DNA of 64,000 nt. Origin: Strigamia acuminata (lineage: Eukaryota). Shown here one piece after another: positions 36,601-48,500 of this stretch. The notes beneath the pieces were generated by a model. It had not been told where the DNA came from, searched no databases, and worked only from the letters and a program-made list of their open reading frames with translations. The position numbers and the translations under genes were made by a program. Every line of letters begins with the position of its first letter. Within the stretch, counting starts at the first letter, position 1. Location: contig OX442314.1 of the NCBI GenBank assembly GCA_949358305.1, positions 4,340,001-4,404,000 of the forward strand, given 5' to 3'.

Positions 36601-38395
36601 TAAGTTTAGTCAGGTTAACTTGCGCTTGGAAACATAAAACATAAAAACATAAAACATTAAACATGAAACATAAAACAAAAATAATTTTTTGCGAAAATGA
36701 AAACTGCGCATAGTGCATCACATTCGTTTTTTTTTTTTTTTTTTTTTGTATAGACATGAAAATGTCCTAAATATTTTAAACAAAATACTTGGTATGGCTT
36801 GTCGATTGTTGTAGCGTCTACGCTGGCAAAGCACCGGTGGCATGGGCCTAAATCTGTTGCATTTTCCGAGTGTCTGCCACTAGCACTGGTTTTTTGGTCG
36901 GCGGTGTCCAATTCGAGAAATAAACGGGCGTAAGGGATGGAATTTGCACGCAAATAATCGGTCACTTTGATCATCGGGTAGTACTAGACACGACACTACT
37001 GACACTGATGTGGGAACAGACATAGGCAGTAGTAGATTTCATATTGGAATCAAAGGAAGTTAGTTAAGATGATGGGACAATGGGCAAAAGGAAATAGTTC
37101 AAAAACAAAAGTAGAAAAGATTTAGTTACTTTGGTAACATAGAAAAATAAATTAAAGTCCACGACGTTGGATTATCGTTGCGGAGTTTTGCGCAAATCAC
37201 AACACAAACACATAAAAGTACACCTAGAAGTTTTTAGGTTATTAAAGAAATATTTGCCCAATTGTAACACTTCAACAATCTGCAACACTGAACCGGCACA
37301 CAAACCGCCGCATTGTCGAGCAACGAAAGTCTGTTGACACTCCAACACTTGGTCGATGTTGCTGAGTCCAGTTGTCGTCGTGATTCTCTGGTGATATTTC
37401 CAATCATCGTCATGACATATCCTTGTCCCTAATTCAATTAATGCAAAAGTTAGAGTTCTATAATTACGCCGTATTGCATCTAGATGAAATTCAGGTTCTG
37501 AAATGCAAGCAGTCAGTCTCCGTGGGTACGCAGAGCAGCCATAGTTGTCCTGGATCACATTGGTTAATGTTGCGGCAGATGGCTCAGCAGATTGAATTGA
37601 TGACCTTACTGTGGACTTGCTCACATATGAACATGACGGTGTTTGTGCATACATGATGAGCAATGCTGTTCAAACTGTAATGTAAACTGTTATAGGCAGA
37701 GTTTTGGTTACCATTGGTCTAGCTCAGATGAGGCATCAACAACTGTGGGTGGACTTAACACACTCAAAATGGTGGTAGTATCTGGAATGTTCAAACCCTT
37801 GTTTGCTGATGTTACCAGGCTATGATACACTGCTTCAATACTGAACACAACACCAAATACACTCGAGAAATTGCAGTTATCATAAAGAGTCACTAGCAAT
37901 CTAATTTTGATTTGGTTTGATCATCTAAACCATCATCAATACGTCGCTAAAGTTCATAAGGTTTACGTATACCCTCTAGTTCAGACTTCTTGCACCAATT
38001 TTACCTCAAAGTGAAATAGCTTTGGTTCAATATGGTGTTGCTTTTAACCAGGGCAGTGTGCGCAATTTGAATTGCGCTTTAAACAGGAAGAGATGCTCGC
38101 ATGCTCGTACTGCCGTCGCTCAACCTAGAGATCCAAAGGCACAGAATCACCAGGCACTCCACAGCACTGCTTGCACACACTAAAGGTTAAAGGTTCCATA
38201 CGTGTCACACATGATGCAACAGATCTCAGTTGGTTTGCCGGCCTACAACAATGCTCACAAACTATTGAAGTTATGAATAGGTGATAATAAATAAACACTT
38301 GGAAAATAAACGTAAGATTATAAATAAATAATAAGAACATTAGAAACAAAGATGCTAAACAAAAATATAGGTGGGTAGCACTATTTTCCATTTTT

Positions 38396-38426
<31 letters not shown>

Positions 38427-41400
38427 GTGTAATTAAAGGAAAATGAGATGGAACATGATATTCAAAACATCAAGAAAAAGATTCTGCGCGCTGACATGCC
38501 TTACATTTTCGAACCCAAATTTGGACGTCTTTGCGCATTTTTGGCCAGAAAACGCGCATTTTCAATCTGTGCAGGGTTTTTTCGACACTAATATGTTCTA
38601 CAATGGGAGGGTAGTGTAGTGCGCAGAAATATTGTTTTCTTAAGGACAATGGGAGGTAAATTTGACGTCTTTTTCTAGTTGCATCGGTGTGAGTTAACAA
38701 AAAACGACACAGCATGCTGTCAAACATTTCAAATTGTTGTGCGCAAAGTTTAACAATCTTAACCTCACTAGGATTTTCAGGTAAAATGTTAGCTATTAAA
38801 TATTGCATTAACTTACGCGACCAGGGGTCTTCTAATTGGGCTTCAACAATTTCAGCATTAGTTGGCAACAATTCGAACGGTTGGAGCTCGAGCGAGGCAT
38901 CGTGTTCTTGTCTTGTCTGTCTTGGGTTTGTTGTTAATTTTCTATCTTCAATCTTCTTTCCTTCTTGAGTCCACCGACACAATCCAGGCATCGACCTTGA
39001 AGTTGTCATACTTTGCACTGAATATTCCGCTAAAGATGAAAATTCACTATGATCACTGACACTGTCACTCTCGGTAGATGAAATTTCCGCATCCAGGTCT
39101 TCATAATAATCTCGATTATGTTGTTGTTCTACAGTCCTTTCTCTTAAATCAACAAGTTGGGAAATTGGAGGAGTCGGAATTAATGACATGGGTGGCGATA
39201 ATGAAGAGAGACAATTATTAATAGAAGTAGAATTAAAATTTGGTCTTGGATAATTTAAAGATTGGGAAATAGGAACAGGAATCAAAATGGTTTTTTGTGT
39301 TTCTTCTGTTACCCTTGGATGTAAAGTTGATTGAGGAATGTGTTCTAAAGTTTTTGAATCTTGTTCCATCGGTAGACGATCAAAAGGCAAAGAATTCATT
39401 TCATCTGCTACTCCAGTCATATTTTCCAAGTTCTCCGCCACAGATAATTCTTGAGCCATTGAAAATAGCTCAACAGGGTCAGAAATCTGCGCTTGTTCGT
39501 ATGTCATTAACTGATGTACATCCTTGGATCCAGTTAAATGCCATTGGCTGTTTATATAATCGACAGTCAGTCCAATAGTTGAACAAAAATCTCGTCCGAG
39601 TAATAAGTCATCTTTAGTTGATGAAATTACTAAACACTCAAACTGAATTATCCCCATAGGGGCACAAATAGCAATTTGTACTACTCCCTTAATCGGTATT
39701 AAATGTCCAGAATCGACTTGCAGACTGCCATGTAGTTGAAAAAGTTCAAGTCCCATTCGGGCATGTAGTCGATGAAATAAATTTTCGCTCATCACGCACA
39801 TTTGTGCCTCGGAATCAAGAAGAGCGACAACAGATATATCAGTCCATACCATTCTTACACATGGTGGCTGAAGATGCCGTCGATCCCTCCTTGCTATCTC
39901 AATAACAGGCTCTTGTGTTCGTTGGAGCTCGTCAGGAGAAAGCATAACGAAAGGTGTGTTTCCGAGATTGATCATGTCCCGTGGAGTTTCGTCAACTCTC
40001 CTCCTGCGAATAAATGGTACAGAAGCACTATTAGTAATGTTACTCACTTCAGTAGGTGTCAAAATCGGGTTCGAAACTGCCTTTGGCAAAGTTGCAGTCC
40101 TCGAATTGGTCGGTGAGGCAAACTCCAAAGCAACAGGTTGCCGTGCTGCAAACTTTGAAATTGTCCCCGTTGGAGATGACAAGAATGATGGTGGTGAAAT
40201 TGTAACAATATTCCTCGGTTTAGACTCTAAAAGAGTATAAGTCAAAGGTGTTGTTAAGTGTGTAGCCCTTACGGAATTTCTTCTGGAAAGGTTGAATGTT
40301 GGTGATGCGCGTCTGTCGATTTCCATACATTTTGCGATTGATTGGTTTGGTGGATTTAATGTCGACCTCTCTAGCATTCCGTGGCAGTCAGGGCACCTAG
40401 GTTGCTGTTGATCAACAAATTCTACTCCAAAATAACTGCTACTAGCTGTATTTCCTCCATGTTGTACTGGTTGTTTAGTCCATGACTTAGAAACGGTCCA
40501 ATCGGAAGAAAAACGTTTTCGAGAGTGCGCAAAATGTTTGGAATTGTTGGACACGGTAAAGTTTACGTCTCTTTCACTTCTGGATTTCCTCGCAGCGTTC
40601 AGCATTGTTGGTAAAAATAACTCTTCAAGGTGTGGCATTCGTTGGTCTGCGTAGTCCCGCGGTGTATATCCGTGTACAGGTAGAGTTTCAAACTGTAGTT
40701 GTTTTTTGGCGTCATGTTCCCTCTGGATGGCTTCATCGATAGATGTTGCATTCCAGTTGCGCATGAGTCGTATGGCGTCGTCTGGCAACACAGTTGGCAC
40801 TTTTTTACACTGAAAATCATTATTTCCATTACCTGCGGACATTTTTGCAGTTGTCGCACACGTTGGTCGCGCTGTTGTTGTAATTGTTGGCGCTATTAAT
40901 TTTCGTTCCGTAGTTGAACTCGAATATTGATGCGTACAAGCTGTTTGGAATCCAGATCCTGATGAAATCGAGTCGCCATTCCCCCTAATGAATCCATGCG
41001 GGGATCCACCATCCGCGGACCGGGTAGTCCTTGGCTGTGTAGGGCTGGGGCCTTGTTGAAGAAGGTTGCGCATATCGTCCAGCAAACCCTGAGCTTGGTC
41101 GAGCAGATTGAACATCAACCTGTGTTCCGCCGATAAATGGGGATGGGCTGATGTCCTTGGCGAGGTCAAACGGAAAAAAGATGGCGTCGCAAATACATTA
41201 TTTTCTAGCGTCGTAATGGGCACATCACTAGTAGCATTTTCGGTTCGCGATATGCTTGTTTCCTCCAACCGTCCAAACTGTTGCCAATTCTGCTCAATCT
41301 CAGTCTCGTCTGTGCTAAACGAGTCGTGTGAAATGAAAATATTCTCATCTCTCTCCATCGTACTCGATAGGGTGAAAAAATGTGAAAAGTGATTAATAAT

Positions 41401-42301
41401 TAAACAAAAAATACTTAACTTTCTTGCGCGTTTAAGCCGAAATTAAGGTAGCGAATCCTGTCAGGCTCGCCATGTTGTCACGATTAATTCTAGATGTAAT
41501 AATTAATTTAACAAATGTCGCGCAAATGGGAATTTGGCGCAACAGAAATGGGCAAAGTTCGTAGATTTCCCTAAACTTTGTTTCCTTCAAATGAGGACAT
41601 CCAGAAACTCAGGAAACCTAAACTCGCTATGACTTAACATTATTTATAATTAGACATGAATTCGTACCTTTGGGCGGTGTTTAGTTAAAATAAGAATTAT
41701 GCAAATGTGTCCGTTTTCAAAAGGAGGGTTGAAATGTGCACAGGCATGTCAAATGATAAAAGATGGCTTAAAATATGGCGCAATAGGGTTAATGGATGGG
41801 TTGCGGTGTTTAGGCGCAAAGAAAGAGATTTGACATTCTCATTCCACCAGACCAGGGTGAGACCTGGTTGTCAGTCTAGATGGAAGAGGAGAAGTGAAGT
41901 TATTGTGGTCAGCAAAGCTATATGTAGCCTCTGATCAGGTAATCAGTGGGCCAAACTATTAGTGTGAATAATTATTTCTAAGAGGAGGGGGAAAGTAGAA
42001 TTAAATGTAATTGTTGGAAATAAATGAGATGCGCAAGGAACTCCATGCGCATATATTGTTAAGATGAGTCGGCACAAATGAGTCATTTAGGTTAAATAAC
42101 ATAGGAAATAATATATAAGATGTTGGAAGAGTTTAACTAATCAGAAAGAAAGGGGTAAGGTAAAAGAAACATCATGCGCAAAGAATTATTTGCGCCCATT
42201 CAAAGTAGAATAACTTAGGAACACTGAAATGAAATAACAGAGAAAAAGGTAGGAATAATATAAATTAAGAAAAATTATAATGAGGTGAAAACCATGCCCA
42301 T
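33668..42301 (-). mobile_element. Non-autonomous Ty3/gypsy-derived LTR element in intron 7 of copy C
   Basis: About 830-bp LTRs at 33668-34499 (TGTCA...TGACA) and 41476-42301 (outer 4 nt lost), with few differences. PBS TGGCGAGCCTGACAGGATTCG (tRNA-Arg-like). PPT GGGTGGGGGA. No TSD recoverable. Confidence 0.9.
38470..41358 (-). CDS. 962-aa ORF: S/T/P-rich N-terminus, retropepsin-like domain and integrase H2C2 zinc-binding region; no RT, RNase H or integrase core
   Basis: VALLDSEAQMCVMS...LLLGRDF; AQLEDP; LH..HISVEKTLHRLKMRVFWPKMRKDVQIWVRKCKACQ, then stop. Confidence 0.75.
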   Translation of the reverse strand: MERDENIFISHDSFSTDETEIEQNWQQFGRLEETSISRTENATSDVPITTLENNVFATPSFFRLTSPRTSAHPHLSAEHRLMFNLLDQAQGLLDDMRNLLQQGPSPTQPRTTRSADGGSPHGFIRGNGDSISSGSGFQTACTHQYSSSTTERKLIAPTITTTARPTCATTAKMSAGNGNNDFQCKKVPTVLPDDAIRLMRNWNATSIDEAIQREHDAKKQLQFETLPVHGYTPRDYADQRMPHLEELFLPTMLNAARKSRSERDVNFTVSNNSKHFAHSRKRFSSDWTVSKSWTKQPVQHGGNTASSSYFGVEFVDQQQPRCPDCHGMLERSTLNPPNQSIAKCMEIDRRASPTFNLSRRNSVRATHLTTPLTYTLLESKPRNIVTISPPSFLSSPTGTISKFAARQPVALEFASPTNSRTATLPKAVSNPILTPTEVSNITNSASVPFIRRRRVDETPRDMINLGNTPFVMLSPDELQRTQEPVIEIARRDRRHLQPPCVRMVWTDISVVALLDSEAQMCVMSENLFHRLHARMGLELFQLHGSLQVDSGHLIPIKGVVQIAICAPMGIIQFECLVISSTKDDLLLGRDFCSTIGLTVDYINSQWHLTGSKDVHQLMTYEQAQISDPVELFSMAQELSVAENLENMTGVADEMNSLPFDRLPMEQDSKTLEHIPQSTLHPRVTEETQKTILIPVPISQSLNYPRPNFNSTSINNCLSSLSPPMSLIPTPPISQLVDLRERTVEQQHNRDYYEDLDAEISSTESDSVSDHSEFSSLAEYSVQSMTTSRSMPGLCRWTQEGKKIEDRKLTTNPRQTRQEHDASLELQPFELLPTNAEIVEAQLEDPWSRKLMQYLIANILPENPSEVKIVKLCAQQFEMFDSMLCRFLLTHTDATRKRRQIYLPLSLRKQYFCALHYPPIVEHISVEKTLHRLKMRVFWPKMRKDVQIWVRKCKACQRAESFS

Positions 42302-42918
42302 TGTATTGTATTAGAGCCCAGGTCACCAATTGAATACCGTGCAGATAATTTTTTTTTTATTTTTTTTTTAGAAAAAACGAACCATGTAACTGCAGGGGTT
42401 ACAATTGCTTTTATAAATCTTTTTCCTCCAGAAGTTTGTGAACAACATATATGGGTAATATCAAAATAAACGTTTTTTAGAAAAAATAGTTAATTTTGTA
42501 AATAGAACATCCTCATTCTACGAAACGACTTACGGTAAATCTAAATGTTAGACTAGCCTAAATTTTCTTGTGCGAAAGCGGTATTACGAGTAGGTAAGAT
42601 AATATCATAAGTTGACTGATTGGCAATTCCCATTGGTCAAGAATCGATGAGTGATGTTATTTCATACATCTAGCTTATGCTTTCAAACTCTGATTGTATA
42701 ATAATTTAACCAGATTCTTTCTAAATCCAATTTCAATTTTTTTTTAGCTTTTTCTAAACAACCCCGAAAATGAAGTCAATATTTTAGCACCTATGTTTAT
42801 GTCTTATGGCTCTTTCAATGTATTTGCTTTTCGTATATCTAAGGTAACAAGCAAATTTAATGGCAATAACCTACTGGAAAAAAAATATGATTTAAACATT
42901 AATTGCATCGTTTATGTA

Positions 42919-43114
42919 CAGTCGTGGACAAAAAAACAATTCCCTTTAGTTTATCTACCAGGTGGCATATAAATACATTGAGATTCAATGACATCAATCT
43001 TGACCTGATCTATCGACTTGCTCTAATATCAGTATTAAAATATAAACCGGGCAAATCATGATAGATAAACTTTAAACAGCTAAACTGAAAGGAGCTATTT
43101 TTTGTCCACGACTG
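42919..43114. mobile_element. Tc1/mariner-type MITE
   Basis: TIR CAGTCGTGGACAAAAAA with TA target duplication. Confidence 0.85.
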
Positions 43115-43497
43115 TACAGTGTACTCTGTGTGGTCACAGGACAGCCCCTAGAAAGTTGTCCGGTTCAGAAAATAACAAATTCGGCCAGCTTAACTCTCTG
43201 GTCTAGACAAATGTCACACATCCTGACCAGACAAAGCTTGTTATGACTAGTTTAGTTAACGTTATTTTGATTTTTCTTAATATAAAATGTTATTTCCATC
43301 ATTGAAATAAAGTTTTACGCATATAAAAATGTCAAACTCATGTTTGTTATGTTTATTGGTTATTTCGTCTGGAATTTTGAATTTTTGGCCGTTGCCTAGG
43401 CAATCGATTACAATGTCTGGTGTTTGGGTCTCCTTTTCCGGATCACTACACCAGTACACTGGCTTGACCAATGGGACGACATCTTGTAAAGTGCCTT

Positions 43498-44088
43498 TGT
43501 GACCGCCAGGCCACCCGGGTGACCTGCGGCACTGCCACACACCCTCGTGCGGCCCCAAAGGTCAACCCCTCTGTGGGTAATTGACCTAGCCCGGGGAGGA
43601 GAGAGTGGAGTGGTGTGGTGAGGAGAGGAGTGGAGTAGAGAGTTGTGCTGGACACGGACTGAGAAGGACGTGTCTGGAGTGGCTCCCCGAGAGGAGAAGG
43701 TGTTCATCTGAGAGGGACAAGAAGTGTCCCGGTTTGGACTCTGTACTCCTCACCATTCACCACGATGATACTCAGTACGACGGCTGAGTCTGTTGTGCAG
43801 CCTCCATGAGTGGACGCGTGGGTCGTAGGTAAGTACGACACGAATGTTAAGTCGAACCAACCACGTCACCCATTTGGTTCCCACCCAGTGTGTGACGGGT
43901 CGGTTGCTGGTGCGGCGTGCCTTCGTGGCACCACCGCAGCGGGTAACGGGATTCCCCATACCCCTAGACAACGCAATAAAGGCCAACCAACCAATATTGT
44001 GGGATTCTCCGTTATTTTACGTGAAGTATGCGTCCCTACCTAGTGTTCTCAGTCCCCTGACTACATTGGCGAGACCATATCAGTCACA
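43498..44088 (+). mobile_element. Complete copy of family X, probable solo LTR (591 bp)
   Basis: TGTGAC...GTCACA ends, 4-bp TSD CCTT, and related copies at 15710, 27600-27744 and 57544. Confidence 0.8.
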
Positions 44089-44805
44089 CCTTTTTGACTG
44101 CAACTAGAGTAGAGTTGTGCCCTACCAAGCTTGTCCGGACGGTGCTGTGTACTGATCACTCAGGATGCATTGCATATTAAACGTACAAAATTAAAAAAAA
44201 ATTGAACCTTGATTATGTTATCAAATAGACCATTCGAAGAAATACAAAACTCAACCCGTGTGAGCAAAACAAAACTTCTTACTTCATGTGTCAAACTGCT
44301 TGCTTGCAAAACAATTTATTTCACAGGATCAATTGCAGGTATTCTTGTAGTTTTTCTTGCAAATGCTGATAATATTTGAGTGTAATGATGTAGTCATTCC
44401 TATTCCTTCAATCAATACTGTTATGAAATACGACCTGTAAAGCCTGGTTCACACTTGCGTGTACGCTGCAGATTCGCAGCTCAAACGAACGTCACTTCCT
44501 GTGAAGATGCGGTCTTTCTGTGGATTTTGAAAATAGGAATATTTTCTATTACTCTGAGCAATTTTTTCGCGAATTTTCCAGCAGCAAATCACAGCTTAAA
44601 ATACATTAGGTGCTTTCAAAGTTTATTTGACTTATCATAATCTGAATTATCAACAATTCATGCAAGTCATTGGCTGATGTGGCTGAAATATTTTACCAGC
44701 CACAGGAAATGATGTAATTTACATCACTGAACTGATAATTTCATTGCCATTGAAAAGACATTAATGTCTTTTCCGCTATCAAGCAATTTCATATTGTGAG
44801 ATTAA

Positions 44806-45213
44806 CCCTTCCAACCCTAAGATGGGTCATTTTGCGACCACATTTTAAAAAAATCATTATTTTTATGTGAAATAATTTTTTTTATCTGATTTTTGTTGAC
44901 TATTCCTTTGAAACATCAGTAGACACTATAACACAATTGAAATTTTTTTAATTTTTTAATTTCATCTGTAATTTGACCCAAAGATTAACTGGGTCAAAAA
45001 AGGACATAAATCATGATTATCAGCAGGCTCCGCTAATGTCAATCATGTCCACCACGTCCATATGACGTTCACAACATGACGAGTCAATCTAACCCCATTG
45101 GCTAGATGTTCGGAATCCCCTAAAACCCGGATTTTGCGCGTGCGCAGAATCTGGGTCAAAAAATGCCCATCTTAGGAAGAGAGGGGAGACAAATACTGTC
45201 GGGTTGGAAGGGT
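44806..45213. mobile_element. piggyBac-type MITE; truncated sister copy at about 7624-7840
   Basis: TIR CCCTTCCAACCC flanked by TTAA and TTAC. Confidence 0.75.
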
Positions 45214-45219
45214 TACCGT

Positions 45220-45517
45220 AAGGGGTTTCATAAACAATGCGCTGAAAGCGCTGAAGTGATTATTCCAATAATCGCAATCGCTCTATTATTGAAGACCCAC
45301 GCCAAGTTCAATTGATTATACTACTGTCACATGACTTCCGGTTATGTTATGTTATGTTTTAAGCTTGAAAAGCTCCTTTTTCAGTGATTATAAATAAGCG
45401 CTGAAACGCTGAAGCGATTATTCATGTGATTGGCCCATACATTCCTTCAGCAGAATAATCGTCATAATCGCTTCAGCACCTTCAGCGCATCATTTGTGAT
45501 GCCATTTGTGATGCCCT
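45220..45517. mobile_element. Probable MITE
   Basis: Imperfect inverted ends (GGG..CATAAACAATGCGCTGAA..GCTGAAG and CTTCAGC..TTCAGCGCATCATTTGTGATGCC). Confidence 0.5.
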
Positions 45518-48500
45518 ATTGTTTAGTAAAAAAAACGGCTATCGATTTGCGATGTACGTGGGAACTCCCTGCATCGTGTTATTGCGGAATTTACGTTTTT
45601 TTGAGCTGCATATACGCAAGTTGGAACCAGTCTTTACACATTAAGCAATCAGTGTGGAAAATAATCCTCTGGGTGTTGATTGGAGCAATGAATGAATCCA
45701 GACGAGTTGCAACAAACGTCCTAATCGATAGGTTTTAATACGGCAACTGAACCTCGTGGGTTCTACAACAATACAATGCCGCTGGCAAGAGGCTGCATGC
45801 GCAAAATCGCTATTTTAGAACACTATTTTAGAACATTCTGGAATATTTAAACAATATACATTTGAAATCTATTTATAGAAAACATAAATTACACAATCAG
45901 AACATATTGCATGGCTACTTTTGCTATTCATCAACCTCTCCAGAAGTCCTAAAACCATAAACACTTTCATTTAAAGAAGTGACACCACAAAACAGAACTA
46001 ACACTAAAAACTAAACTTTTGTGAATTCCGTTTAATTAAACTATACTTGTTTCAGATCGCCGTACATGTCATCACCAACTTTGCCACCTTGCAGCACGAT
46101 GGAAGATATTAATAGTGCCCATATTCAGTATTTTCACAATTCCAATTCCAATATAAAAACTTGCAAATGTAAACAACCTTGCAAAAATACTTATTACCAA
46201 ACTACTGAGCATGAATCTAAAATGAAATTTAATTTTCGCACTTATATAAAGCTTCAGCTAGCTGATAGTTTTGACGAGACTACAATAGACAACCTAAATT
46301 ATCCAATATCTCGCTTGTTATGTGATGTCGGCAGCATTATCGGATTAGCATTGGGAATGTCAATACTTTCTTTGCACATTTATCTTTTAAAAATTTATAA
46401 TTGGTTTTGCCACAAAAGGGTTGTCCATAAATTACGTAATGCCAATTTTGGGCATTTTAGACCCCTTCTCCCCCGCTGTATCAAGGCTGTAACAAATTCC
46501 CATACCCCCACCCCCTAATTACGTAATAAAAATGAAATTACCCCCCCCAGTAAGAACCAATCAGACGTTAAAAGCGGTTTGTTATGCGCAGTATTGTATC
46601 TCATTCATCAAATCGCGAACTAGTTCAAGTTTAAGTTCATCACCATGTGAACTAGTTCACATTCGCGTTCAGTTCACTTTTTTTCAAAGTGAACTAACTT
46701 GTAAGTTCTAGTTCGCGAACTTGAACCAATAGTTCAGTTCACTTTTCAAATTAATTTTTTAAAAAATTGAAACGTTTTTTTTTTATGTTTTATGGTATGC
46801 AGATGAAAAAAAAAAACACTTTTTTTTTGTAAAACGGTTGTTTTCATTGCTTTTAATGATGAATACGACTGATTTTGCCGTTTTTGTTGTAAAAAGTGAT
46901 TAAATTGAATGTTTTGATGATGAAAACGTCATCAAAACGTTTAAAACCAATGCAAAAAGTTACGTTTTTGCGACGTTTTCATCATCAAACATGGTGAACG
47001 CAAACTTCGTTCTAGTTCATTGTTAAAAGTTGTTGAGATATCGTGTGTATTTATCACCTATAATGTGCATATGTTTATACTTGTATCGTATTATCATTTT
47101 ATCGCATTATGTATCAATGTATTACCTTTTGTGCTTGGCAGTGAAGATAATCACAGCCTTTGTTTACATGTAACTTGTATATGTTGCCTACAGGTGGCTC
47201 TGGTGATGTCACAAGTCACATGGTGTATGAATAAACACTCACTTGATGTTTTGCTACTCACCTGTAAAGATGGACTCTAATTCTTTATCCAGTTGATGTT
47301 TTTCCAAACCACTGTTTTTACAACTCACTACAAGTTCTACATGAACATACAACAAGGTTATGGGCCCCAAACAACGTGGGAAAAACATCAAGAGTGTTTG
47401 AAAACACCTCAAGTCAACCACAGGTGAAAAAGTGGGCGTTTCTCCTCCAAATCCAAGATGGCGGCGTCCATGAGGAAAGTCATCAGCCTGTGTTTGTGCC
47501 GACAATCAACGAGATTGGCAGCGATTATCGACTATCCAACGATGCAGGAACACTAAATGGGTTCGAACATTACGAAACTTTTCATTAATAAGTTTAATTT
47601 TCCAATTTTCGGACGATTTTCCGAATATCGCGAGGCGCGATACGTAACGTCGACGTGGCGTTAATTTTTCGTCGAGAAAGCGACTCAACGAGGAAGACGT
47701 GACGACGACGACTCTCGGCAACCACACGGGAAGTGTGAACGAGCTGCGGACGAAAAACGATTGGAAAAACGCGGAAAAGTTTAATGGACGAATTTTCGAG
47801 GCGAAAAAGACACTAAAACGAGGAGAAAACAACACAAGAAGACTAGAACTTTTGTCGATATTACTATTGTTTCGAATATATTGTGAATATATTGTTAGAT
47901 TAGTGCTGTGTTAGGAAATAATACTAACATAATTTTAAGAGCGCATTAACCTCGTGGAAATTGCACTATTTTTCACGAGTAACCGTTTTGAAAGTGTTTT
48001 TGCTAAAAAGTGTGTGTGTGCAGTTTGAAGAGATTGTTTTCCTAAATCACAATGGATACGGACAAACCGGAGAGGAAAATAACACTTTTGAACAGAACGA
48101 ACTATGACACTTGGAAGCAGCAAATCAAAGTACTTTTGATGCATCACGGATGCTGGGCGTTCACGGATGGAACAGAAGAGGCGTTGGCGCCCGGAGCATC
48201 GTGGCGGGACCGCTCGGATTTCAAACTGCGACAAGGCAGGGCCTTTAGTTTGATATACTACTCGATAGAAGAGCAGTACCATGAGTTGCTCAGCGGGGTC
48301 GACGACGCCAAGAAGGCTTGGAACACATTGAAAGCCAACTTCGAACCAGTTTCAAGAGCGCGGATAATTCGTTTGTTGGACGAATTTTTTAGTCTAAAAT
48401 ATGACCCAGCGACGGAGACAATCGGGGTCTTCGCAGCAAAGATTCGAAACGCGGCAAAGAAGCTCGCCGACGTTAAACACAAATTGGACGACCTATACCA

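Noticed and set aside
33899..41934. Duplicated short ORFs at 33899/41707 (also 47020/55317) as genes
   Set aside because: They are chance ORFs inside paired LTRs.
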